Of a stretch of DNA of 64,000 nucleotides, positions 45,956 to 57,806 are shown one piece after another. The translations under genes and the position numbers were made by a program. The notes beneath the pieces are model-generated. The model worked only from the letters and a program-made list of their open reading frames with translations. It was not told the DNA's origin and did not search any database. Source of the stretch: Macrostomum lignano (lineage: Eukaryota); assembly GCA_002269645.1 (NCBI GenBank), contig NIVC01002239.1:220325-284324 (forward strand), read 5' to 3'. How positions within the stretch are numbered: position 1 is the stretch's first letter; the number at the start of each line of letters is the position of its first letter.

Positions 45956-48900
45956 ATGAACCGGAGCCGGGGGTTCGCGCCCGCGACAGCGTCCGCTCTG
46001 TGGCTCTGCGTTATTTTCTTTGGCGTGGCTCTCAACTCAGGTGAGCGGCCGTGTGCGATGCTTGACCTTGAATTGCGTAAGCAGCCAGGGTCTCCATGGG
46101 ATTGTGCAGGCAGCCAGGGTTTCCATGGGATTGTGCCGGCAGCCAGGGTTTCCATGGGATTGTGCAGGCAGCCAGGGTCTCCATGGGATTGTGCAGGCAG
46201 CCAGGGTTTCCATGGGATTGTGCAGGCAGCCAGGGTCTCCATGGGATTGTGCAGGCAGCCAGGGTATCCATGGGATTGTGCAGGCAGCCAGGGTCTCCAT
46301 GGGATTGTGCAGGCAGCCAGGGTTTCCATGGGATTGTGCAGGCAGCCAGGGTTTCCATGGGATTGTGCAGGCAGCCAGGGTCTCCATGGGATTGTGCAGG
46401 CAGCCAGGGTTTCCATGGGATTGTGCAGGCAGCCAGGGTCTCCATGGGATTGTGCAGGCAGCCAGGGTATCCATGGGATTGTGCAGGCAGCCAGGGTATC
46501 CATGGGATTGTGGTGCGGAGCAGCCAGGGTCTCCATGGGATTGTGGTGCGGAGCAGCCAGGGTCTCCATGGGATTGTGGTGCGGGGCAGCCAGGGTTTTG
46601 TATGGGATTGGGGTGCGGAGCAGCCAGGGTTTCCATGGGATTGTGGCCTGGAGGAAAGGCGGGCAGCCAGTGCTTCCAGGGTGTCTATGAGCCATGGATC
46701 CAAGGGTCTAAGGAGAGGCCATCAAGGATTATTGGGGCTCAGGCCATTATGTGTAGATGGCCTAGGTCATTTTGCTGCAAACAAGGTGAAAAATGCTGTC
46801 AGTGGAGCTCGAGGGCCCCCAAGTCTTGAGGCTCCGGACTCGAGTGACCCCCGAACCCGCCGCTGAACCCGCAGGAGCGCTTGCCATCGAGGCGGCCAAG
46901 AAGCTGTTCACGGACCTGATGAACCGCACGAACTACAGGTCCTATGTGCGCCCCGTGACCAACCACTCGCAGCCGGTGCTGCTGTACATGAACCTCAGCC
47001 TCACCCAGATCCTTGACGTGGTGAGCTCGCGAACGAAATGCTCTCCGGCCTCAGCAACTCCATATCTTGGCATTTTTTCGAATTCCAGGACGAAAAGAAC
47101 CAGATAGTGACGCTGAACATGTGGGTGTTCCAGCAGTGGTTCGACCCGAACTTCCAGTGGGACCCGAGCCACTACGGCAGCATCCACGAGCTGCACGTGC
47201 CGTCGGACGAAATTTGGACGCCGGACCTGGTGCTCTATAACAAGTACGGGGTCCGGGCCGCATTCAGCTGCTAAAACCGGCCGTTCAGCGGCCAATACGG
47301 TGTTGCTCAACTGCCAATACTCAGTTGCTCAACTACCAGTTGCTTAACTGCCAGTACTCAGTTGCTCAACTACCAGTTGCTTAACTGCCAATACTCAGTT
47401 GCTCAACTACCAGTTGCTTAACTGCCAATACTCAGTTGCTCAACTACCAGTTTCTCAACTACCAATACTCAGTTGCTCAACTACCAATATTTAGTTGCTT
47501 AACTACCAATACTCAGTTGCTCAACTACCAATATTTAGTTGCTTAACTACCAATACTCAGTTGCTCAACTACCAATACTCAGTTGCTTAGTTACTCATTT
47601 ATCAAATACTCAGCAGCCAAATCCTCATGTGCACACAACCCCCTTAGCGCCGGTGGCGACTGGGATCTCGGCAGCTCGGCGAACAAGGTGAACGTCCTGA
47701 GCGACGGCACAGTGCTGTGGCGGCCGCCGATCATCTTCAAGAGCCAGTGCGAGATCAACGTGGAGTTTTTCCCATTCGACACGCAGATCTGCACCCTGAA
47801 GCTGGGCACGTGGACCCACAACGGCTACCTCATCGACCTCCGGCACGTGGCCCAGAAGGCCGAGGCCGACCGGACCGGCATGAAAAACTTCGACAACTGC
47901 GAGGCGTTCATCGACTACGCGGTGGACCTCAGCCAGTTTGTGGACAACGTGGAGTGGGACATCCTTGGTGAGCTGGCTTGATGAGGCTACTTAGCCGGAA
48001 GCTGGGAGCTGTTAAATTGAATCAGGTGAAAACTGGATTATTTTGAAGCTGTTAGATAGAAGCCGTTAGATGAAAGCTGTAGATGGGGCTGGTAGATGGA
48101 AGCTGGTAGATGGAAGCTGGTAGATGGAGCTGGTAGATGGAAGCTGGTACATGGAGTTGGTAGATAGAAGCTGGTAGATGGAAGTTGGTAGATGGAAGCT
48201 ATTAGATGGAGCTGATAGATGGAAGCTGGTACATGGAGCTGGTAGATGGAAGCTATTAGATGCAGCTGGTAGATGGAAGCTGGTACATGGAGCTGGTAGA
48301 TGGAAGCTATTAGATGGTGCTGGTAGATGGAAGCTGGTACATGGAGCTGGTAGATGGAAGTTGGTAGATGGAAGCTGGTAGATGGAGCTGGTAGATGGAA
48401 GCTGGTAGATGTAAGCTGGTGGATGGAAGTTGGTGGATGGAAGCTGGTAGATGGAAGCTGGTAGATGGAAGTTGGTGGATGGAAGTTGGTAGATGGAAGC
48501 TGGTGGATGGAGCTGGTAGATGGAAGCTGGTAGATGTAAGCTGGTGGATGGAGCTGGTAGATGGAAGCTGGTGGATGGAGCTGGTAGATGGAAGCTGGTG
48601 GATGTAAGCTGGTGGATGGAAGTTGGTGGATGGAAGCTGGTGGATGGAAGTTGGTGGATAGAAGCTGGTAGATGTAAGCTGGTGGATGGAAGTTGGTGGA
48701 TGGAAGCTGGTAGATGGAGCTGGTAGATGGAAGCTGGTAGATGGAAGCTGGTAGATGGAAGCTGGTAGATGGAGCTGGTAGATGGAAGCTGGTGGATGGA
48801 AGTTGGTGGATGGAAGCTGGTGGATGGAAGTTGGTAGATGGAGCTGGTGGATGGAAGTTGGTGGATGGAAGTTGGTGGATGGAAGCTGGTAGATGGAAGT

Positions 48901-51900
48901 TGGTGGATGGAAGTTTGTGGATGGAAGCTGGTAGATGGAAGTTGGTGGATGGAAGTTGGTGGATGGAAGCTGGTGGATGGAAGCTGGTGGATGGAAGCTG
49001 GTGGATGGAAGCTGGTGGATGGAAGCTGGTGGATGGAAGCTGGTGGATGGAAGCTGGTGGATGGAAGCTGGTGGATGGAAGCTGGTGGATGGAAGCTGGT
49101 GGATGGAAGCTGGTGGATGGAAGCTGGTGGATGGAAGCTGGTGGATGGAAGCTGGTGGATGGAAGCTGGTGGATGGAAGCTGGTGGATGGAAGCTGGTGG
49201 ATGGAAGCTGGTGGATGGAAGCTGGTGGATGGAAGCTGGTTTTCCACAGATTCGCCCCATGTCGAGAGAGCTGCACAGAGAAGCACGAACTTCATTCAGC
49301 TTGGCTTGCAAGTTCCCGCCTGTCCTTCTATTTTCTAAACCAAACCCTGGCAGAGTTCCCCGCCCTCCTCGTTGGAGTTTGCCAAGACAGGACCGCCTGA
49401 CAGCCTGTGCAAACGCCCCCCCCCCTGCTCGTGGATCAGCCAGGCCGGTCAGCTGAGGCCCGCCCGCTTAACCCAAACAGACAGTTGCCAAATTGGCTCA
49501 GCCAGTGAATCGAATCCTGCCGGCTGAATCCCCATCCGCCCTGACCCGCTGCCCGCCCGCCTGACCACCGAGGCAGATGAATAAATTCGAGCTGCGGAGA
49601 AGGAAAATTGCATTTCCGCGATCTCGGCCTAGGGGGGGGGGCAGAAGACCTCCGGGCGGGACCCCCCGGACCTCCCCTCTCTCTCTATTAATTAGCGTTT
49701 GAAACAGAGGCGCATGGTGGAGGCAAAACTGCTGGGGATTTCCAGCAAATTGAATTGCTGCCGCCCGGCCGTCCCCGGCTGAGAAGCCGGGTCACAGCCT
49801 CGCCCGTCTCGCCTCCTCTTTGCTGGGGCGCCTCGCCGGGTCCTTCGTGTCTCGGGTGTGGCCCGCTGCAAACAGCTCTCTCTCTCCGGGGGGGATTAGC
49901 TGGGCCTTGGAATTCGATCTGGAGTTCCGTGCGGACGCTAATCACATTGATTCGCCTCGGAGAGTGCCGTTTTCCCATTCCCCCCCCCCTGTCCCGGGCG
50001 GCGTCCCTCATCTGGCCAAGGTGAGAGCGGCGGGGCGGGGCAGCAGATTTCCCCGCCGGGAGGATTTGCGCTGGAAACTTTCTGGGGCTGGGGGTGGGCG
50101 TGTGGGAGATTTTCTCTGATCCCCGGTGCCGGCCCCGGGCAGCTCAGTGGAGCGCCGATTCTGTGTCGGTCGGCCAAGGGGAAACTTGAGTGGCCGATCG
50201 AGCGGGCCGGCCCTTCAGTATGCAAATAATAACAATAAGCATAGGGCCTGGGCTCAATCAATCGGACAGGGACTTAATCATAACTGCGACCCTCACCCGC
50301 CCAGCTCACTCCACAGCTCTGAGCTTTGAGCTCTCTTTGAGGGTGTGCTGTGAGCAGAGCTGCTCCTGCGCTCCCTGCCGCAGCTCAAATCCCGAAATCT
50401 TGGGCGCGGGAGATTTCGATCCAGGACTATTGGAGAGGGAACAGTGCTGGACTGAAAATCACTGCTAACTGTGTATTGGTTAGTAGCGGCTCTCACTGCA
50501 GCACCCGGGAAGGGGACAGCGGCTCTCACTGCAGCCCCCGGGAAGGGGACAGCGGCTCTCACTGCAGCACCCGGGAAGGGGACAGCGGCTCTCACTGCAG
50601 CACCCGGGAAGGGACAGCGGCTCTCACTGCAGCCCCCGGGAAGGGGACAGCGGCTCTCACTGCAGCCCCCGGGAAGGGGACAGCGGCTCTCACTGCAGCA
50701 CCCGGGAAGGGGACAGCGGCTCTCACTGCAGCCCCGGGAAGGGGACAGCGGCTCTCACTGCAGCCCCCGGGAAGGGGACAGCGGCTCTCACTGCAGCCCC
50801 CGGGAAGGGGACAGCGGCTCTCACTGCAGCACCCGGGAAGGGGACAGCGGCTCTCACTGCAGCCCCCGGGAAGGGGACAGCGGCTCTCACTGCAGCCCCC
50901 GGGAAGGGGACAGCGGCTCTCACTGCAGCCCCCGGGAAGGGGACAGCGGCTCTCACTGCAGCACCCGGGAAGGGGACAGCGGCTCTCACTGCAGCCCCGG
51001 GAAGGGGACAGCGGCTCTCACTGCAGCACCCGGGAAGGGGACAGCGGCTCTCACTGCAGCCCCCGGGAAGGGGACAGCGGCTCTCACTGCAGCACCCGGG
51101 AAGGGGACAGCGGCTCTCACTGCAGCCCCCGGGAAGGGGACAGCGGCTCTCACTGCAGCCCCCGGGAAGGGGACAGCGGCTCTCACTGCAGCCCCCGGGA
51201 AGGGGACAGCGGCTCTCACTGCAGCACCCGGGAAGGGGACAGCGGCTCTCACTGCAGCCCCCGGGAAGGGGACAGCGGCTCTCACTGCAGCCCCCGGGAA
51301 GGGGACAGCGGCTCTCACTGCAGCACCCGGGAAGGGGACAGCGGCTCTCACTGCAGCCCCCGGGAAGGGGACAGCGGCTCTCACTGCAGCACCCGGGAAG
51401 GGGACAGCGGCTCTCACTGCAGCCCCGGGAAGGGGACAGCGGCTCTCACTGCAGCACCCGGGAAGGGGACAGCGGCTCTCACTGCAGCCCCCGGGAAGGG
51501 AACAGCGGCTCTCACTGCAGCACCCGGGAAGGGGACAGCGGCTCTCACTGCAGCCCCCGGGAAGGGGACAGCGGCTCTCACTGCAGCACCCGGGAAGGGG
51601 ACAGCGGCTCTCACTGCAGCCCCCGGGAAGGGGACAGCGGCTCTCACTGCAGCACCCGGGAAGGGGACAGCGGCTCTCACTGCAGCCCCCGGGAAGGGGA
51701 CAGCGGCTCTCACTGCAGCACCCGGGAAGGGGACAGCGGCTCTCACTGCAGCCCCCGGGAAGGGAACAGCGGCTCTCACTGCAGCCCCCGGGAAGGGGAC
51801 AGCGGCTCTCACTGCAGCCCCGGGAAGGGGACAGCGGCTCTCACTGCAGCACCCGGGAAGGGGACAGCGGCTCTCACTGCAGCCCCCGGGAAGGGGACAG

Positions 51901-54900
51901 CGGCTCTCACTGCAGCACCCGGGAAGGGGACAGCGGCTCTCACTGCAGCCCCCGGGAAGGGGACAGCGGCTCTCACTGCAGCACCCGGGAAGGGGACAGC
52001 GGCTCTCACTGCAGCCCCCGGGAAGGGAACAGCGGCTCTCACTGCAGCCCCCGGGAAGGGGACAGCGGCTCTCACGGAGGTCAAATTCGGTTTGTAATTC
52101 GCTGTCTTCTAAGCCTCACGTGACCACCGTCCCGCGCCCAGAGGTGACGGCCAAGAGGAACATCCAGATCTACCGCTGCTGCCCGGAGCCCTACCTGGAC
52201 CTGCTGTTCTCGCTGAAGATCCGCCGCAAGACGCTCTTCTACGGCGTGAACCTCATCTGCCCGTGCCTGGCCATCAGCTTCCTCACCATCCTCGTCTTCT
52301 ACCTGCCCGGCGACTCTGGCGAGAAGATGTCCCTGTCAATCAACATCCTGCTGTCACTCACCGTGTTCTTCCTGCTCATCTTCGACATCTGCCCACCGAC
52401 CTCTCTGGTGGTGCCGCTCATACTCAAGTACCTGCTGTTCACTATGATCCTGGTCACGCTGTCCGTCATGGCCACGGTCATAGTGCTCAACGTGCACTGG
52501 CGGTCCCCGGACACGCACATCATGGCACCCTGGGTTCGCCAGGTGTTCCTGCACACCTTGCCGAAACTGCTGTTCATGAAGAAGCCCGACAACAGGGAGG
52601 GCACTGAAGATGCCAAGGTTGGTCATTCCTGACCCAATCCAGTTCTTGCTGACCCTTCCTGACCCAATCCAGTTCTTGCTGACCCTTCCTGACCCAATCC
52701 AGCCATAGACAATTCTTAACCCAGTGACCCATTCTGCCAGCCCAGACCTCTCCAAATCAAATTGAGCAAATCCCGCCATGAGTCAATGAGCCACAATCCT
52801 GACCCACTCCGACCCGCCACCGACACACCGACAGCTCGATGAGCGCGCACCCGGCAGCCTCGGCCAGACGGCGCACCAGCAGCAGCCTGGCTGGCAGTTC
52901 AACTGGCGGAGCTTCGACGAGTGTCGCTACGGCGACGGCGGCGGCTGCGGCGAGGTTGGCTGCGACCACGGCATCGCCTGCGACGTCGAGATGGCGCTGA
53001 CTGGTGTCAGGAACATCTCCAGCCACTTGAAGTTTCTTGAGCGGAACACCACTGTAAGTTCTGGACCGCTGACCCACTATGCAGTCTCAGTGGTCAGGAT
53101 AGCATGTCCCTGACCCACTATGCAGTCTCAGGGGTCAGGATAGCATGTCCCTGACCCACTATGCAGTCTCAGGGGTCAGGATAGCATGTCCCTGACCCAC
53201 TATGCAGTCTCAGGGTCAGGATAGCATGTCCCTGACCCACTATGCAGTCTCAGGGGTCAGGATAGCATGTCCCTGACCCACTATGCAGTCTCAGGGGTCA
53301 GGATAGCATGTCCCTGACCCACTATGCAGTCTCAGGGGTCAGGATAGCATGTCCCTGACCCACTATGCAGTCTCAGGGGTCAGGATAGCATGTCCCTGAC
53401 CCACTATGCAGTCTCAGGGGTCAGGATAGCATGTCCCTGACCCACTATGCAGTCTCAGGGGTCAGGATAGCATGTCCCTGACCCACTATGCAGTCTCAGG
53501 GGTCAGGATAGCATGTCCCTGACCGGATGCAAGGGTGGCATCACTCGCAGCTCAGAGCTGCTACCCTATCACAGCATTTTTATGCAAGCAGCTTATTCAA
53601 CTGTTGTTAAACTCTCATCTGCACCGGCCCATGAGCATTTTGCCAGAGGGCAATCACGCAATTTGTCTCGCTCTGGCGGCAAAGTTGCTTTACTTGTGCT
53701 GGTGGTGGCGAAGGCACAGACCTTCTGGGCTCTTCAACTATTTCACCAATCCTTGCCAAATTGTCAAATTTTATGTTAAGGAGCTGAATTATCGATCAGG
53801 TTGTTCCCTAGTTGCAGTCTAGGGGCTTGTAGCCTAGTGGTTCGAGCGTCGGACTCACGACTAGAGGTCGGAGGTTCGATTCTCGACCCACTGGAAACAA
53901 TCTGTGTCCTTGAGGAAGACACTTAACTCTGCACTGCTTCAATTCACCCAGCTGTAAAATGGGTTACCAGCATTAGCTGGGGTAATTGAGGGTGCGTGTG
54001 GCGACCCCCCCCCTCCCCCCAGTCCTTGGACTGAACAGCCGTACGCAGCTTTCAGATGTGCCGCGCAATAGCTGCGGCTGAGATTTCGACTGCACATCTG
54101 GCCATTAGGGCACTTAAATTACTTACTCTTAGTTAAAACCGAAGCTGGAGGGCGCAGGCCAACTTCATTCTGCGTCTTACTGGGAGTGCTTCAATATCTC
54201 GACTATCTTGCATGCTAATCTGATCTGATCTGGCTTCCCCTCTTGAGCAGCCGCTCAGGGCTGAGTTCGATCCCGTTCCCGGCACCTCCAGCTCATTTGC
54301 CAATGTTGGCCTGCAGCCCCGGACCGGCTGAGCAAACCTGCTGATTTTCAAACAGAAACTAAAACAAACTTTGCCTCCCCCCGAAATGTGAGACCAAAGC
54401 CGATTTGCCGCTTGCAGATTCGGGACGAATGGAAGTACGTGGCCGTGGTGCTGGACCGGCTGTTCATGTGGCTCTTCAGCAGCGCCGCTGTTATTGGCAA
54501 GTTTCTGCGACTCATTTAGGAACTTTCGGAGATCTATACCAACCGCCAAAGAACTATCAGCAAAGGGACAATCGGCCCCTTTGTAACACCAACCAAAGAA
54601 CTACCATCAAAGGGACAATCGGCCCCTTTGTAACACCAACCAAAGAACTACCATCAAAGGGACAATCGACCCCTTTGTAACACCAACCAAAGAACTACCA
54701 TCAAAGGGACAATCGGCCCCTTTGTAACGCCAACCAAAGAACTACCATCAAAGGGACAATCGGCCCCTTTGTAACGCCAACCAAAGAACTACCATCAAAG
54801 GGACAATCGGCCCCTTGGTAACGCCAACCAAAGAACTACCATCAAAGGGACAATCGGCCCCTTTGTAACGCCAACCAAAGAACTACCATCAAAGGGACAA

Positions 54901-56350
54901 TCGGCCCCTTTGTAACACCAACCAAAGAACTACCATCAAAGGGACAATCGGCCCCTTGGTAACGCCAACCAAAGAACTACCATCAAAGGGACAATCGGCC
55001 CCTTTGTAACACCAACCAAAGAACTACCATCAAAGGGACAATCGGCCCCTTTGTAACACCAACCAAAGAACTACCATCAAAGGGACAATCGGCCCCTTTG
55101 TAACACCAACCAAAGAACTACCATCAAAGGGACAATCGGCCCCTTTGTAACACCAACCAAAGAACTACCATCAAAGGGACAATCGGCCCTTTGTAACACC
55201 AACCAAAGAACTACCATCAAAGGGACAATCGGCCCCTTTGTAACACCAACCAAAGAACTACTAGCAAAGGGACAATCGACCCCTTTGTAACACCAACCAA
55301 AGAACTACCATCAAAGGGACAATCGGCCCCTTGGTAACGCCAACCAAAGAACTACCATCAAAGGGATAATCGGCCCCTTTGTAACACCAACCAAAGAACT
55401 ACCAGCAAAGGGACAATCGGCCCCTTTGTAACACCAACCAAAGAACTACTAGCAAAGGGACAATCGACCCCTTTGTAACACCAACCAAAGAACTACCATC
55501 AAAGGGACAATCGGCCCCTTTGTAACACCAACCAAAGAACTACCATCAAAGGGACAATCGGCCCCTTTGTAACACCAACCAAAGAACTACCATCAAAGGG
55601 ACAATCGGCCCCTTTGTAACACCAACCAAAGAACTACCATCAAAGGGACAATCGGCCCCTTTGTAACACCAACCAAAGAACTACCATCAAAGGGACAATC
55701 GGCCCCTTTGTAACACCAACCAAAGAACTACTAGCAAAGGGACAATCGACCCCTTTGTAACACCAACCAAAGAACTACCATCAAAGGGACAATCGGCCCC
55801 TTGGTAACGCCAACCAAAGAACTACCATCAAAGGGATAATCGGCCCCTTTGTAACACCAACCAAAGAACTACCAGCAAAGGGACAATCGACCCCTTTGTA
55901 ACACCAACCAAAGAACTACTAGCAAAGGGTTCATCTGTCCCTTGTAAAGGCCAGTTCAAAATCACCGCTCGTAGCTCCACATGTTATCAATTTATAGTTG
56001 GTTCAGGCAAATTTTTAGAACTGATCTGAACAAGTTTTGACCACTCAGAGCTACTATTAGTAATGAGAACGGATTAAATGTATTAGTAAAAATTACAATA
56101 GGCCGTTTAAACAACCAACTATTAAAAATATCGAAAGCGCAGCAGCAGACATTAGAAACTTACAGAGTTATCAACATGATACTGGCAGTAGTAAGTACAG
56201 CGCGCACTCTCACCCGAAACAGGCGCAGTGGGCATCTTCATGCAGGCGCCAAGCCTCACGGACTACACGGACCAGCTGACCAGGTACAACACGCAGGACC
56301 GCATAGCAACCATACAGCGGAACTGCAGCGGCTCCAAGAGCAAAGTCTGA
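45956..56350 (+). CDS. Nicotinic acetylcholine receptor alpha subunit (cation-selective type, ~535 aa, 8 exons)
   Basis: Exons 45956-46040, 46875-47020, 47089-47243, 47648-47967, 52142-52617, 52835-53053, 54418-54496, 56223-56350 (1608 nt, phases consistent; last intron GC-AG). Signal peptide, WTPDLVLYN, Cys-loop [15 protein letters not shown], loop [10 protein letters not shown]2 [15 protein letters not shown]4 [13 protein letters not shown]. Confidence 0.96.
46078..46640. repeat. nAChR intron 1: 29-bp minisatellite (gcagccagggtctccatgggattgtgcag)
   Basis: ~19 direct copies. Confidence 0.96.
47305..47590. repeat. nAChR intron 3: 18/22-bp minisatellite (ctcagttgctcaactaccaata)
   Basis: Direct copies. 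Confidence 0.92.
48068..49240. repeat. nAChR intron 4, array 1: 13-14-bp G-rich minisatellite (gctggtggatggaa)
   Basis: Degenerate 5' part grading into a homogeneous 3' part. Confidence 0.97.
50483..52075. repeat. nAChR intron 4, array 2: 33-bp minisatellite (cagcggctctcactgcagcccccgggaagggga) x~48
   Basis: Direct copies with alternating c/a variant; generates the spurious 550-760 aa ORFs. Confidence 0.98.
52628..52705. repeat. nAChR intron 5: ~29-bp tandem (ctgacccaatccagttcttgctgacccttc) x~2.5
   Basis: Direct copies; the same unit is expanded in the inverted copy at 60250-60520. Confidence 0.85.
53070..53525. repeat. nAChR intron 6: 41-bp hairpin-unit minisatellite x~11
   Basis: Unit ctgacccactatgcagtctcaggggtcaggatagcatgtcc; cctgaccc pairs with gggtcagg. 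Confidence 0.96.
53822..54125 (+). mobile_element. tRNA-derived SINE (family A), near full length, CORE-like central domain, in nAChR intron 6
   Basis: A box tagcctagtgg, B box ggttcgattct, body tgtgtccttgaggaagacacttaact...cacccagctgtaaaatggg, simple ttaaattacttact tail. Confidence 0.85.
54530..55945. repeat. nAChR intron 7: 47-bp hairpin-unit minisatellite x~30
   Basis: Unit accaaagaactaccatcaaagggacaatcggcccctttgtaacacca; caaaggg pairs with ccctttg. Confidence 0.98.
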
Positions 56351-56456
56351 CATCGCTACTACACTAAAGTACAAAGTACACAATTTGAACAAACTTTCAA
56401 CCGTGCAACGCGTATAGAATTGAATTTTTCGCTGATGTTAGTACTAACAGTAGCTG

Positions 56457-56924
56457 GGGCGTCGCTATGAATTTTATGGTGGGGGACAAAGCCAATAATT
56501 CTACTCTAATAATTCTAGGCTCTCATCTTAGCGCCATAGACTCTCATCTTGGCGCCGCAGGCACTCATTTTGGCGCCGCTGGCACTCATTTTGACGCCGC
56601 AGGCTCTCATCTTGGCGCCGCAGGCACTCATTTTGGCGCCGCTGGCACTCATTTTGGCGCCGCAGGCTCTCATCTTGGCGCCACAGACACTCATTTTGGC
56701 GCCACAGATACTCATTTTAGCGCCGCAGGCACTCATTTTGGCGCCGCTGGCACTCATTTTGGCGCCGCAGTCACTAATTTTGGCATATTTTAGCGCCATG
56801 ATGCAAAATTTTTGATTTCCACAACGGGTCAGCATGGTTGGGGAGGGGGGCAAAGCATTGGCATGTCCCCCCCATAGATTTTACTGGGGAACTTGTCCCC
56901 CCTGTCCCCCAGGTGGCGACGCCC
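56457..56924. mobile_element. MITE, probably PIF/Harbinger type, with an internal 21-bp tandem array
   Basis: ctg/gggcgtcgcta...tggcgacgccc/ctg gives TIRs plus a CTG (CWG-type) 3-bp TSD; internal ggcgccgcaggcactcatttt x~12 at 56520-56790. Confidence 0.7.
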
Positions 56925-57227
56925 CTGAGTAGTGGAATTTCGTAGTGCAGCAGACTGTACTGGCATCGGCAGAAATAGAATTCTTAAACATTTTAAGCAA
57001 CAAAATTCATGGTGTGATAAAAACTGCTATAGTTTTTTCGTTATCAATCATCTCAATACCCGAAATACAATGTTCTCGAATCCTAAACTGGCTCTTTCTC
57101 TGACAATTCCTAGGCTTCAAAACCCAGTTTATAAAATAAAAATTTACTCAACTATACGCGAGTTTTGTTGTTTTTAACACCAGCAAGTCCCGTAAATCCC
57201 TGTTCCACCAACAGGGATCTCTCGAAG

Positions 57228-57460
57228 GGGGGCGTAGCCCAGTGGTCGTGCAAATAATGAACTTGAGGGCCAAACCCCAAGGCGCAGTAAAGTGTACATG
57301 TCTAACGACAAACAAAGTTAGGGCCGCTGTACACTCCTGTGTAGTGTGTGCCGGCGCGTATGACTGCGTACGTATCCGCACGCTTGTACGTATATGTGTG
57401 CATTGTGTGCCTGCTCAGGGGATTCGGCAGAATGGGCAGCAATGCCGGTTGTGTGACAAT
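57228..57460 (+). mobile_element. Second copy of the family B interspersed repeat (SINE-like)
   Basis: 57262-57460 matches the reverse complement of 16625-16812; preceded by A-box-like ggcgtagcccagtgg. Confidence 0.6.
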
Positions 57461-57806
57461 ATCGGTTAAGTTTCTCAGTTCTTCTCAAACTGCACTCAAT
57501 GTATGCATGTGCGTAATGTAGAGTTAAGGCTTGAACTACCACTTGCATACTTACTCGTACACAGGTGGGCTCATAGCGCTGCTCTTGACTTTGGTTGAGT
57601 CTTCTTCAAGTGATTTTTCTTTCCGCTTTCACCTTCATGGCATTGATTCTATCTACAGTTTAGTTAGTACTTAAATAAATGAACAGAAGGCAGATTTTTA
57701 GATCATCTCTTCGATCGCGAATCGAACATATTATATTTGGATGCTCGAAAACCGAGTGGTAGGATCTAAGATAGCCAACTTAATTCTCTGAAGCAAAATT
57801 ATTTGC

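Noticed and set aside
45907-52123. 250-760 aa repeat ORFs ([10 protein letters not shown]..., HQLPSTSF..., [11 protein letters not shown]...)
   Set aside because: Products of the 29-, 14- and 33-bp arrays inside nAChR introns; the 760-aa ORF only runs into exon 5 by chance.
53822-53892. Possible tRNA gene
   Set aside because: No proper acceptor stem, and it continues into a SINE body shared with 44525-44655.
53070-55945. Regular 41- and 47-bp hairpin repeats resembling CRISPR arrays
   Set aside because: No unique spacers, no cas genes, eukaryotic intronic context.
57242-57469. Cys-rich 75-aa ORF resembling a zinc finger
   Set aside because: Lies within an interspersed repeat whose other copy does not keep the frame.
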